Part shown: piece by piece, positions 8,045 to 16,650 of the stretch
Layout of the letters: each line of letters opens with the position of its first letter
How positions within the stretch are numbered: the first letter of the stretch is position 1
IMG/VR virus record: IMGVR_UViG_2563366980_000004
Length of the DNA stretch: 45,423 nt
Origin: a virus
Taxonomy: Duplodnaviria > Heunggongvirae > Uroviricota > Caudoviricetes
Strand: one strand, 5' to 3'
Made by a program: the position numbers and the translations under genes
The notes under the pieces: model-generated
The model's input: the letters and a program-made list of their open reading frames with translations, nothing else
What the model was told of the DNA's origin: nothing
The model's database searches: none

Positions 8045-8737
8045 TTAATTGTGTCGCTTAAGGGTTTGTGACTGGCTGATTAAGACCTTTCCAAAGACCA
8101 TAAACCGGTGTTCATTTTCGCTGGTAATTCCCCATTCACGGTAAATCTGGTTATCAGAAATCACCAGTAGTTTGTCAGGTATCATTTGCAGTCGTTTGAC
8201 ATAAATTTTATCATCAAAACCAAATACATAGATACCATCTCCATCAAACTGATTGATACTGACATCAACGAAGATGAGATCTCCTGGCTCAATGGTTGGA
8301 CACATACTGTCCCCACGAACGTTGATAACTTTAATGTGATTGGCTGGCCGTCCGCCAAACATCGATACAGCATTATCAGTTCTGTATTCAATGGCATGAA
8401 TCACATCAATGACATCACCGCCCTGGATAAGGCCATTTCCCGCACTGGCACTGACATCCAGCATTTCAATACGGAATACATCCTTCACCTGCGCAACATC
8501 CTCACTAATACTGTTTTTACATACAGTATTACTTTTGAAGTCTGAGGTAAAGAGATCAGCAATATCAACACCTAAGCTCCTGGCAATATTACTCAGGGCT
8601 TGTTCAGTGAATTGTTTCTGCTTACCTGTTTCCAGGCGTGAGATATTCGCCGCATCCACTCCTATTGCTTCAGCGAGATCGGCGATTTTCATGTTCTTCG
8701 CCTGGCGAAGTTGTCTGACTCGGTTTCCTATGTTCAT
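8045..8737 (-). CDS. cI: CI-type prophage repressor (HTH_XRE + S24 LexA-like peptidase domain)
   Basis: 230 aa; N-terminal HTH (LRQAKNMKIADLAEAIGVDAANISRLETGK) and C-terminal S24 signature (RGDSMCPTIEPGDLIFVD...YVKRL); divergent from the cro-like gene. Confidence 0.9.
   Translation of the reverse strand: MNIGNRVRQLRQAKNMKIADLAEAIGVDAANISRLETGKQKQFTEQALSNIARSLGVDIADLFTSDFKSNTVCKNSISEDVAQVKDVFRIEMLDVSASAGNGLIQGGDVIDVIHAIEYRTDNAVSMFGGRPANHIKVINVRGDSMCPTIEPGDLIFVDVSINQFDGDGIYVFGFDDKIYVKRLQMIPDKLLVISDNQIYREWGITSENEHRFMVFGKVLISQSQTLKRHN
8509..8528. promoter_or_regulatory. Consensus-like SOS (LexA) box inside the cI coding sequence
   Basis: TACTGTTTTTACATACAGTA matches CTGT-N8-ACAG with TA flanks; in the HTH-peptidase linker region of cI. 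Confidence 0.35.
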
Positions 8738-8834
8738 GCGTTTATTACATTTCTTTATTGCGCGTTAAGCAAATCAACTTGCGCAAAATATTTGCGTGAA
8801 ATAATATGCTCATCACGCAATATGTGGAGGTCAT
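8738..8834. promoter_or_regulatory. OR/pRM-pR divergent promoter-operator region between cI and cro
   Basis: 97-bp AT-rich spacer containing TTGCGCGTTAAGCAA (TTGC-N7-GCAA) and the palindrome CGCAAAATATTTGCG; GGAGG RBS before the cro ATG. Confidence 0.6.
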
Positions 8835-9095
8835 ATGCAATCACCATTACGGAATGTGCGTAAGGCGCACGGATTTACTTTGCAGCATGTTGCTGCTGGC
8901 GTTCAGGTCAATCCAGCGACGCTGAGTCGTATTGAAAGACTGGAACAAATTCCATCTATCGATCTTGCAGAACGTCTGGCCAATTTTTTTAAGGGTGAAA
9001 TCAGCGAAATGCAGATTCTTTATCCGGCACGTTTTCAATCTAGCCAAAACCAGAATGGGTTTAAACCACAGGAACAGGAGGTAAGCCGTGGGTAA
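8835..9095 (+). CDS. cro: Cro-like HTH_XRE transcriptional regulator
   Basis: 86 aa; HTH (GFTLQHVAAGVQVNPATLSRIER); first gene of the rightward operon. Confidence 0.8.
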   Translation: MQSPLRNVRKAHGFTLQHVAAGVQVNPATLSRIERLEQIPSIDLAERLANFFKGEISEMQILYPARFQSSQNQNGFKPQEQEVSRG

Positions 9096-9639
9096 TCATC
9101 ACTGGAAAGTGGAAAAACAGCCTGAGTGGTACGTGAAAGCTGTCAGAAAAACTATCGCGGCGTTGCCGGGGGGTTACGCTGAAGCTGCTGAGTGGCTGGA
9201 TGTAACAGAGAACGCTTTATTCAACCGCCTTCGTGCAGATGGCGATCAGATTTTCCCGCTGGGATGGGCAATGATTTTACAGCGTGCTGCTGGCACTCAC
9301 TACATTGCGGATGCTGTCGCACAGTCTGCTGGTGGGGTGTTTGTATCGCTTCCTGAAATTGAGGAAGTAGAGAACGCAGATATAAACCAGCGCCTGCTGG
9401 AAGTCATCGAACAGATCGGGAGTTACTCAAAGCAGATTCGTTCGGCAATCGAAGATGGGGTAGTGGAGCCACACGAGCAGACAGCAATTAATGATGAATT
9501 GTATCTGTCAATTTCGAAGCTCCAGGAGCATGCGGCACTGGTCTACAAAATTTTCTGCGCTCCAGAAAAGAGTGACGCCCGCGAGTGTGCAGCTCCGGGC
9601 GTCGTGGCGTTTTGTGTCTGTGGAGAAACTAACGCATGA
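9088..9639 (+). CDS. CII-like / YdaT-like early regulatory protein
   Basis: 183 aa; GTG start with AGGAGG RBS; position after cro; weak resemblance to CII/YdaT-family proteins (functional call tentative). Confidence 0.6.
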   Translation: MGNHHWKVEKQPEWYVKAVRKTIAALPGGYAEAAEWLDVTENALFNRLRADGDQIFPLGWAMILQRAAGTHYIADAVAQSAGGVFVSLPEIEEVENADINQRLLEVIEQIGSYSKQIRSAIEDGVVEPHEQTAINDELYLSISKLQEHAALVYKIFCAPEKSDARECAAPGVVAFCVCGETNA

Positions 9640-10787
9640 ACAGTTTAACGGCAAATAACCGTTTGTCGCAACAGCTGGTGGTCAGTGTCGCTGCACACCT
9701 GTTGTTACGGCATGAATGCAGATTACCAAATCACCTGGCTGTAAGTAACCACAGAGAACTTTACCTGACTGTGGGGGGCGAGTTGTGCAGGAACTTAACC
9801 GCTGGTTTCGTGACGGAAGAGGACTTTATGTTCATGTTATTCGTTGGGAGCCAGAAACACAGCGCGTTATCTATCTTCGCAAAGACTACCCGCATGAGTG
9901 CTTTAGTCCTTTGTGGAAATTCAGGCGTGATTTTGTTGAGTGTGAAGGACCACCAGCACATTGATTCTGCCATTCCGGGACGTTACACTGTTCAGGCACC
10001 TTATAAAGCGGGTGCCGGGCGTGGAAACCCGGAATTCACCAAAGCGCACAACCGCGCTCTTGCGGTTTTTTTGTGTCATGAGCAGCATTACGCCCAAATT
10101 ATGGTGGGGCGTGCAGGGCCAACTTCGGTTGGGCCGGGTTCTTTGGTGACCGGTATTTCCACCCCTGTACGTCTCACCACCAATAAGGTCGTGGAAAGCC
10201 TTGGTGGTGAGTTATTAAAAATCACCAAAGAGGCTGCCATCATGGCTACGATCCCAACCCTCACTCAACCTGAAATTGCCATCGTTGATGGTCAGGCTGT
10301 TACTTCATCCCTGGCTGTTGCCAACTTCTTCTCCAAACGTCATGACGATGTACTGAAAAAGATCCGCACGCTTGAATGTTCCGCATCATTCACTGCCCGC
10401 AATTTTTCGGTGAGTGATTACACCGATTGCACAGGCCGCAAACTACCTTGCTATCAAATAACCCGCGACGGCTTTGCGTTTCTTGCTATGGGTTTCACGG
10501 GTAAACGTGCTGCCCAGTTCAAAGAGGCATACATCAATGCCTTTAACCAGATGGAGAAACAGCTTTCAAAGCCCGCTGTACCGAGCGACGTTGCACATAA
10601 CGCCAGCGTTCTCTGTTCCTACATTTCATCAATTCATCAGGTCTGGCTGCAGCAGCTTTATCCTATGTTGGCAAAAGCCGAATCTCCGCTGGCTGTTAGC
10701 TTATATGACTATATTAATGATGCTTCGGCGCTGGCCTGCCTCATAAATTTGTCGCTGAACCCTTCAGAGGTAAGGGGGCGCAAATGA
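9636..10787 (+). CDS. Rha-family phage regulatory protein (Rha domain from ATG 10242; status of the upstream 200 codons uncertain)
   Basis: C-terminal 182 aa (MATIPTLTQPEIAIVDGQAVTSSLAVANFFSKRHDDVLKKIR...) matches the Rha domain, with an AAGAGG RBS before 10242; the same frame is stop-free back to an ATGA overlap with the upstream gene but has odd composition and an internal terminator-like hairpin. Confidence 0.5.
   Translation: MNSLTANNRLSQQLVVSVAAHLLLRHECRLPNHLAVSNHRELYLTVGGELCRNLTAGFVTEEDFMFMLFVGSQKHSALSIFAKTTRMSALVLCGNSGVILLSVKDHQHIDSAIPGRYTVQAPYKAGAGRGNPEFTKAHNRALAVFLCHEQHYAQIMVGRAGPTSVGPGSLVTGISTPVRLTTNKVVESLGGELLKITKEAAIMATIPTLTQPEIAIVDGQAVTSSLAVANFFSKRHDDVLKKIRTLECSASFTARNFSVSDYTDCTGRKLPCYQITRDGFAFLAMGFTGKRAAQFKEAYINAFNQMEKQLSKPAVPSDVAHNASVLCSYISSIHQVWLQQLYPMLAKAESPLAVSLYDYINDASALACLINLSLNPSEVRGRK
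10050..10072 (+). terminator. Intrinsic terminator-like hairpin plus T-run (tR1-like)
   Basis: ACCGC-GCTCTT-GCGGT followed by TTTTTTT. Confidence 0.45.
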
Positions 10788-11008
10788 TCCGGAATATTTT
10801 CAAACGTTTTACCAATCAGACTTTCCGTTGTCCTCGTCCGGGTCAGTGGTACACCACGCCTGCAGGGCATGTTCTACGTGTTAGCCTGGTTGACCGTGAA
10901 TGTCAGAAGGTGATTTGTGAACCGCTGGGCCGTAATTACCGCGTCAGTATGCCGCTTATAGCCTTTCGCTCCGGAAAAAACATGAAGCATCTCGGAGGTG
11001 CAGCATGA
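10784..11008 (+). CDS. Hypothetical small phage protein
   Basis: 74 aa; ATGA start/stop overlaps with both neighbours suggest translational coupling. Confidence 0.5.
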   Translation: MIRNIFKRFTNQTFRCPRPGQWYTTPAGHVLRVSLVDRECQKVICEPLGRNYRVSMPLIAFRSGKNMKHLGGAA

Positions 11009-11823
11009 GTATGGAGCTGATGGTTAAAGCGATGAAAATTCGAGTGGGTAATCCATTGCGAAAACTGGTTCTGATCAAGCTGGCTGATAATGCCAGCGAT
11101 CAGGGTGAGTGCTGGCCCAGCTACCAGCATATTGCTGACCAGTGCGAGATTAGCAAACGTTCTGTGATGAATCATATTGCGGCCCTTTGTGAGTCCGGGC
11201 TGGTAAAAAAAGTCACCCGGAAAGGTGAAAAAGGTAACTCAAGTAATATCTATCTCCTTCATCTTGATGGTGCAGGAGATTCACTAGGGGGTAGTGCAAA
11301 TAATTCACTATCTGGTGCAGCAAATTCACCAGGTAGTGCAGGAGTTGCACCAGGGGGTAGTGCAGGAGATTCACCCAGAACCAGTCACTCTTTTGAACCA
11401 GTCAAAGAACCAGTCAATGAACCAATAGCTGTTGGTGCATCTGCTGATGAGTCTGTGCGAGTTCGTTCAAACCGACCGGAATACTCTCCGGAGTTTGAGC
11501 AGGCATGGCTGGCCTATCCCAAACGTGCTGGTGGCAATTCAAAATCTGCAGCCTTCAAAGCCTGGAAAGCCCGTTTGAATGAGGGGGTAAACCCCGAAAC
11601 CATGCTGGAAGGTGTGAAACGCTACGCGGGCTGGGTATCTGCGATGGGTAACAGCGGCACACAATTTGTGAAACAGGCTGTCACGTTCTTTGGTCCGGAT
11701 CGTCATTTCGAAGAATCCTGGGAAGTTCCTGCAGTATCTGCAGCCAGACGCGAGGACCCGTACTTCAAAGCCAGTTACGACAACGTGGACTACAGCCAGA
11801 TCCCGGCAGGATTCAGGGGGTGA
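11005..11823 (+). CDS. Replication initiation protein (O-like, N-terminal HTH; YfdO-like)
   Basis: 272 aa; N-terminal winged-helix-like region, central Gly/Ser/Ala-rich linker encoded by direct DNA repeats, C-terminal domain (EFEQAWLAYPKRAGGNSKSAAFKAWKARL). Confidence 0.7.
   Translation: MSMELMVKAMKIRVGNPLRKLVLIKLADNASDQGECWPSYQHIADQCEISKRSVMNHIAALCESGLVKKVTRKGEKGNSSNIYLLHLDGAGDSLGGSANNSLSGAANSPGSAGVAPGGSAGDSPRTSHSFEPVKEPVNEPIAVGASADESVRVRSNRPEYSPEFEQAWLAYPKRAGGNSKSAAFKAWKARLNEGVNPETMLEGVKRYAGWVSAMGNSGTQFVKQAVTFFGPDRHFEESWEVPAVSAARREDPYFKASYDNVDYSQIPAGFRG
11269..11388. repeat. Iteron-like direct repeats inside the O-like gene (putative ori)
   Basis: GTGCAGGAG(A/T)T, GGTAGTGCA and ATTCAC motifs each recur 3-4 times within about 120 bp. 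Confidence 0.4.
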
Positions 11824-11825
11824 TT

Positions 11826-12314
11826 ATGAGTCTTTTGAATGAAGTTCAGAAATTCATTGAAGCCCATCCGGGGTGTACTTCTGGAGACATTGCGGATGCT
11901 TTTGCTGGTTACTCACGGCAGCGCGTTCTGCAGTCAGCAAGCAAGTTACGTCAGAGTGGGCGTGTGGCTCACCGTTGTGAAGGAGATACACGCAGACATT
12001 TCCCGCGCCTGACTGAGAGAGCGCAGGAGCCGGAACCACAATCTGTTCGTGAAACCAGACCTGTGCGCAATTTCTATGTCGGCACTAACGACCCCCGGGT
12101 GATTTTGTGCCTGACCCGCCTGGCTGAAGAACTGGAGTCCAGGGGCTTATTCCGTCGAGCTGCAACGGTGTGGATGGAGGCATTCCGTGAAAGCCACTCC
12201 CAGCCAGAACGAAACAATTTTCTGGCGCATCGTGAGCGGTGCTTACGGAAAAGCAGCAAGCGCGCTGCATCGGGTGAAGAGTGGTATCTGTCAGGGAATT
12301 ACGTGGGGGCTTAA
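11826..12314 (+). CDS. PerC-family transcriptional regulator-like protein (YfdN-like)
   Basis: Motif LESRGLFRRAATVWMEAF resembles the PerC/Pch signature; ATG 11826 with GGGGGTG RBS; length matches E. coli YfdN (164 aa). Confidence 0.55.
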   Translation: MSLLNEVQKFIEAHPGCTSGDIADAFAGYSRQRVLQSASKLRQSGRVAHRCEGDTRRHFPRLTERAQEPEPQSVRETRPVRNFYVGTNDPRVILCLTRLAEELESRGLFRRAATVWMEAFRESHSQPERNNFLAHRERCLRKSSKRAASGEEWYLSGNYVGA

Positions 12315-12967
12315 TGAGTAATAAATATTGCCAGGCGCTGGTGGAGCTGCGGAACAAACCAGCCCATGAACTGAAGGAAGTGGGCGATCAGTGGCGCACG
12401 CCGGACAACATTTTCTGGGGAATTAACACCCTGTTTGGCCCGTTTGTTCTGGATCTGTTTACTGATGGTGATAACGCCAAATGTGCCGCTTATTACACTG
12501 CGGAAGACAACGCGCTGGCGCATGACTGGTCAGAACGTCTTGCGGAGCTTAAAGGTGCTGCCTTTGGTAATCCCCCGTACAGCCGCGCGAGTCAGCATGA
12601 GGGGCAATACATCACCGGCATGCGTTACATCATGAAACATGCCAGTGCTATGCGTGATAAAGGCGGGCGCTATGTTTTCCTGATCAAAGCTGCCACCAGC
12701 GAAGTTTGGTGGCCGGAAGATGCAGACCATATTGCTTTTATTCGCGGGCGTATTGGTTTTGAACTGCCAGCCTGGTTTATCCCGAAGGACGAGAAGCAGG
12801 TGCCGACAGGCGCTTTCTTCGCTGGTGCTATTGCTGTTTTCGACAAGACCTGGAAGGGACCGGCAATCAGCTACATCGGGCGCGATGAACTTGAGGCATG
12901 TGGTGAGGCCTTTCTGGCGCAGGTTCGCCAGCAGGCGGAAAAACTGGTCAGGGAGATGGCGGCATGA
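12314..12967 (+). CDS. Phage N6-adenine DNA methyltransferase (Dam-like)
   Basis: NPPY catalytic motif (FGNPPYS); start at MSNKYC with TAATG overlap. Confidence 0.85.
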   Translation: MSNKYCQALVELRNKPAHELKEVGDQWRTPDNIFWGINTLFGPFVLDLFTDGDNAKCAAYYTAEDNALAHDWSERLAELKGAAFGNPPYSRASQHEGQYITGMRYIMKHASAMRDKGGRYVFLIKAATSEVWWPEDADHIAFIRGRIGFELPAWFIPKDEKQVPTGAFFAGAIAVFDKTWKGPAISYIGRDELEACGEAFLAQVRQQAEKLVREMAA

Positions 12968-13290
12968 CGACATTAACTCAATGCCAGCAGCAGGTGCTGG
13001 ATATGCTGATTTCTTACCAGAAAGAACGTGGCTTCCCGCCAACCAATCAGGAGGTGGCAACCATGCTGGGATACCGTTCAGTGAATGCAGCGGTGGAGCA
13101 TCTTCGCGCACTGGAGAAAAAAGGCGTCATCACGATAAAGCGTGGCGTGGCCCGGGGGATAACGCTTCATACCGCGGTGAAGGACGACGACAGCGAGGCG
13201 GTCGGGATTATCCGCTCACTGCTTGCCGGTGAGGAAAACGCAAGGCTGCGTGCAACCCACTGGTTACATGAGAGAGGCCTGAAAGTATGA
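12964..13290 (+). CDS. LexA N-terminal DNA-binding domain protein (no S24 peptidase domain)
   Basis: 108 aa; TQCQQQVLDMLISYQKERGFPPTNQEVATMLGYRSVNAAVEHLRALEKKGVI parallels the LexA winged-helix domain; no catalytic Ser/Lys domain follows. Confidence 0.7.
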   Translation: MTTLTQCQQQVLDMLISYQKERGFPPTNQEVATMLGYRSVNAAVEHLRALEKKGVITIKRGVARGITLHTAVKDDDSEAVGIIRSLLAGEENARLRATHWLHERGLKV

Positions 13291-13676
13291 AGCTGATCCT
13301 GCCTTTTCCGCCCAGCGTGAACACGTACTGGCGACACCCCAACAAAGGGGCGTTTGCAGGTAAGAGCCTGATAAGCGCGGCGGGGCGAAAATTCCAGAGC
13401 GCGGCGTGTGCAGCAATAGTTGAGCAGTTACGTCGTCTGCCAAAACCAACGTCGGCACCTGCTTCAGTGGAGATCGTGTTGTTTCCTCCGGATAACCGGA
13501 TCCGCGATCTGGACAACTATAACAAGGCGCTGTTTGACGCCCTGACCCACGCGGGTGTGTGGGAGGACGACAGTCAGGTGAAAAGAATGCTGGTTGAGTG
13601 GGGACCGGTTATCCCGAAAGGGAAGGTCGAGATCACTATCAGTAAGTATGAGAAACCGGCGGGTGCAGCCGCCTGA
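13287..13676 (+). CDS. rusA: RusA Holliday-junction resolvase
   Basis: LPFPPSVNTYWR...DLDNYNKALFDALTHAGVWEDDSQV is the RusA signature. Confidence 0.9.
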   Translation: MKLILPFPPSVNTYWRHPNKGAFAGKSLISAAGRKFQSAACAAIVEQLRRLPKPTSAPASVEIVLFPPDNRIRDLDNYNKALFDALTHAGVWEDDSQVKRMLVEWGPVIPKGKVEITISKYEKPAGAAA

Positions 13677-13695
13677 TTAAGAGGAGAAACGAAGT

Positions 13696-14493
13696 ATGAA
13701 TAATCTGATGGTCATTGATGGTATTGAAGTTCGTCGTGATGCTTATGGTCGTTACAGCCTGAACGATCTTCACAGGGCTGCCGGTTCTCTGGATAAGCAT
13801 AAGCCTGCATTCTGGCTCCGCAATGAGCAAACTGAACATTTAATAAGCGAGTTGCAGATTTGCAACTCGGTCAATATAGAGCCAGTTAACGTTATTCGTG
13901 GCGGAAATAACCAGGGGACGTATGTCTGCAAAGAACTGGTGTATGCCTATGCAATGTGGATAAGCCCGTCATTCCATCTTAAGGTGATCCGTACTTTCGA
14001 TATGGTAACCAGCGTACCGGAAAAATTATCCGGGCAGGCTGCTGACAAGATGCAGGCTGGTGTGATTCTGCTGGACTTTATGCGCCGGGAATTAAATCTG
14101 TCTAACTCTTCAGTGCTTGGTGCCTGTCAGAAACTCCAGGAGGCTGTTGGCTTACCGAATCTGGCACCGCGCTATGCCATTGATGCTCCTGCTGACGCGC
14201 CTGATGGCTCAAGCCGCCCCACGCTGTCACTGAGTGCACTGCTGAAGCAGTATGGTATCCGCCTGACAGCTAATCAGGCATATCACCAGATGGCGAAGCT
14301 GGGGATCGTTGAACAACGTGAACGATACAGCCGTACCGAGATTAATAACATCAAAAAATTCTGGTCGCTGACGGCGAAAGGCTGCATGTTCGGCAAGAAC
14401 ATCACCAGTCCGGCAAATCCGCGCGAGACGCAGCCACACTTCTTCGAATCCCGATTCCCTGAGCTGTTAAAGCTGCTCGATACCGTTCATTGA
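13696..14493 (+). CDS. KilA-N domain protein (antirepressor-like)
   Basis: N-terminal KilA-N-like domain (IDGIEVRRDAYGRYSLNDLHRAAG...KPAFWLRNEQT...AMWISPSFHLKVI). Confidence 0.75.
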   Translation: MNNLMVIDGIEVRRDAYGRYSLNDLHRAAGSLDKHKPAFWLRNEQTEHLISELQICNSVNIEPVNVIRGGNNQGTYVCKELVYAYAMWISPSFHLKVIRTFDMVTSVPEKLSGQAADKMQAGVILLDFMRRELNLSNSSVLGACQKLQEAVGLPNLAPRYAIDAPADAPDGSSRPTLSLSALLKQYGIRLTANQAYHQMAKLGIVEQRERYSRTEINNIKKFWSLTAKGCMFGKNITSPANPRETQPHFFESRFPELLKLLDTVH

Positions 14494-14494
14494 G

Positions 14495-15490
14495 GTGACC
14501 GTGAGAGCACTACTGACCCCTGAAATTGCCCCGCGTATGGGGATCGTATTGTTCAGACCCGGTTCAGAGCTGATGCCCCTGTTTATGCAGGGGCGTGTCC
14601 TGCTGGAGCCTGAGCCGGAACGTTATTCATCTTTCGCCAGTGGTGCCGTTCCGGCGGCATCACAACCGCTGGCGGATGATCCTGCCGTTCGGGCCGTGTT
14701 CCGCAATGAGGCAGTTATTCGTCGTGCGGGTGGCGTGGAATGTCTTGAAAGCTGGTTACTTCGTGAAAAGGGCTGTCAGTGGCCTCATTCCGACTGGCAC
14801 AGCGAGAACATGACCACAATGCGACACGCTCCGGGCGCAATCCGTCTGTGCTGGCACTGCGATAACCTGCTTCGCGATCAGTTCACGGAACGGCTGGAAT
14901 CAATGGCAACGGATAACTGTGCCCGCTGGGTGTTGTCTGTTGTGCGTCGGGATCTCGGTTTTGATGACAGTCACGTTGTGACAATGCCGGAACTGTGCTG
15001 GTGGCTGATTCGTAATGACCTGGCGGATGCCTTACCGGAAAGTGCAGCCCGTAAGGCACTGAGATTACCAAAGCCTGTTGTGCCGTCTGTCACCCGGGAA
15101 AGTGACCTTGTGCCTTCGGTTCCTGCCACCAGCATCATCCAGGATAAAGCGAAAAAGGTGCTGGCGCTGAAAGTGGATCCGGAGTCGCCGGAGTCTTATA
15201 TGTTACGCCCAAAACGTCGCCGCTGGGTTAATGAAAAGTACACGCGCTGGGTTAAGACACAGCCGTGTGCATGTTGTGGAAAGCCCGCTGATGATCCCCA
15301 CCACCTGATAGGTCACGGTCAGGGTGGAATGGGAACAAAAGCGCATGACCTTTTTGTGTTGCCTTTGTGCAGAAAGCATCACGACGAGCTGCATGCGGAT
15401 ACCGTGGCATTTGAAGAGATGTATGGCTCCCAGCTGGAGCTGATATTTCGTTTTATCGATCGTGCGCTGGCAATTGGCGTGCTGGCCTGA
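14495..15490 (+). CDS. DUF968 domain phage protein
   Basis: GTG start; C-terminal Cys/His-rich motif [43 protein letters not shown] typical of DUF968. Confidence 0.7.
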   Translation: MTVRALLTPEIAPRMGIVLFRPGSELMPLFMQGRVLLEPEPERYSSFASGAVPAASQPLADDPAVRAVFRNEAVIRRAGGVECLESWLLREKGCQWPHSDWHSENMTTMRHAPGAIRLCWHCDNLLRDQFTERLESMATDNCARWVLSVVRRDLGFDDSHVVTMPELCWWLIRNDLADALPESAARKALRLPKPVVPSVTRESDLVPSVPATSIIQDKAKKVLALKVDPESPESYMLRPKRRRWVNEKYTRWVKTQPCACCGKPADDPHHLIGHGQGGMGTKAHDLFVLPLCRKHHDELHADTVAFEEMYGSQLELIFRFIDRALAIGVLA

Positions 15491-15507
15491 TTTTGTGGAG
15501 AAAGTTG

Positions 15508-15873
15508 ATGCGTGATATTCAAATGGTTCTTGAACATTGGGGGGCATGGGTGGCAAATAATCACGAGGATGTCACCTGGTCGTCTATTGCTGCAGGATTT
15601 AAAGGACTAATCCCTTCAAAAGTAAAATCCCGCCCGCAATGTTGTGACGATGATGCGATGATCATTTGTGGGTGCATGGCTCGCTTGAAAAAGAACAACA
15701 GCGATTTGCACGATTTATTAGTGGGTTATTATGTAGGTGGTATGACGTTTATGGCGCTTGCCCGTAAACATGGGCGTTCTGATTGCTGGGTTGGGCGTTT
15801 ATTGCAAAAGGCTGAAGGTGTAGTTGATGGCATGTTAATGATGTTAGAAATTGAGCTAGAGATGGATCGTTAG
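15508..15873 (+). CDS. Q: Antitermination protein Q
   Basis: [34 protein letters not shown]...[20 protein letters not shown] matches enterobacterial prophage Q antiterminators; ATG 15508 with GGAGAAAG RBS. Confidence 0.8.
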   Translation: MRDIQMVLEHWGAWVANNHEDVTWSSIAAGFKGLIPSKVKSRPQCCDDDAMIICGCMARLKKNNSDLHDLLVGYYVGGMTFMALARKHGRSDCWVGRLLQKAEGVVDGMLMMLEIELEMDR

Positions 15874-15957
15874 AAGACCTCTTATTGAGGGGGTAATTGA
15901 ATCAGTTTAATGTGTGGGGAGTCGATTTATTCTCCCCATTTTATTTAATTAATTTAC

Positions 15958-16404
15958 TTAAGGTTTTAATTCATCAAGACGTTGTTGGATAGTGTTTTTG
16001 CTTGCGTTGTCTGTTATAGCCATTTGTTGTACTTGCCCCATTGCCATTTGAGTTTCCATCCACATATCGGCCCACACTTTTGTATCGTTATTAACTTGAG
16101 CGATAGTAAATCTGACTTTTGATACCGGGGTTGTTGAATAGGCATTGCCGATTAACATTTGTCCAAAAACGGCAGAGCCGCCTTCCAGTTCTTTACCACA
16201 TATAACACTGCTGTTATCCGCGTTGTAAATTATCAACCCTCTACTATTGCAGTAATTCACAAGGGCATCTTTGACTTTATCTTTTGTCGTATTTTGATAA
16301 ACCCCCTCAGGTTTTCCTGATTGAGTTTTCTTTATCAATGGTACGGAAGAAGTACAACCTGAAATGATAGTTGCGCTAAGTAATAGTACAGTTATTTTAT
16401 TCAT
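15958..16404 (-). CDS. Hypothetical lipoprotein (AT-rich moron between Q and the late promoter)
   Basis: 148 aa; signal peptide with lipobox (LLLSATIISGC); AT-rich and antisense to the surrounding operon. Confidence 0.75.
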   Translation of the reverse strand: MNKITVLLLSATIISGCTSSVPLIKKTQSGKPEGVYQNTTKDKVKDALVNYCNSRGLIIYNADNSSVICGKELEGGSAVFGQMLIGNAYSTTPVSKVRFTIAQVNNDTKVWADMWMETQMAMGQVQQMAITDNASKNTIQQRLDELKP

Positions 16405-16469
16405 GTTTCTTATCCATTGTTAAGGGCATACCCACACAATTATTTTTATTGGAGATGAATAATCAACCG

Positions 16470-16497
16470 TTTACAATCGTAAAAAATCAAATATGCT
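16470..16497 (+). promoter_or_regulatory. Candidate late promoter pR'
   Basis: TTTACA - 16 nt - TATGCT, about 35-60 nt upstream of a terminator, resembling the lambda pR'/tR' short-RNA arrangement. Confidence 0.35.
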
Positions 16498-16530
16498 GTT
16501 AAGAGTGGTTACTTCGCCACACAACTTAAA

Positions 16531-16557
16531 CCCGCCGCTGAGCGGTTTTTTTGTACC
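16531..16557 (+). terminator. tR'-like intrinsic terminator
   Basis: GC hairpin CCGC-TGA-GCGG followed by TTTTTTT. Confidence 0.45.
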
Positions 16558-16650
16558 TGTAAACTTGGTGCAGTACAGTAAACACGCTGGTGGTCGTGAA
16601 TACTGACTTTTTATCTTGCTGGCTTTTTAGACAAGAGTTATTGGTATGTC

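Noticed and set aside
12530-13111. 193-aa minus-strand ORF antisense to the Dam methylase and LexA-like genes
   Set aside because: Fully overlaps two well-supported plus-strand genes in a unidirectional operon; composition looks like an antisense artefact.
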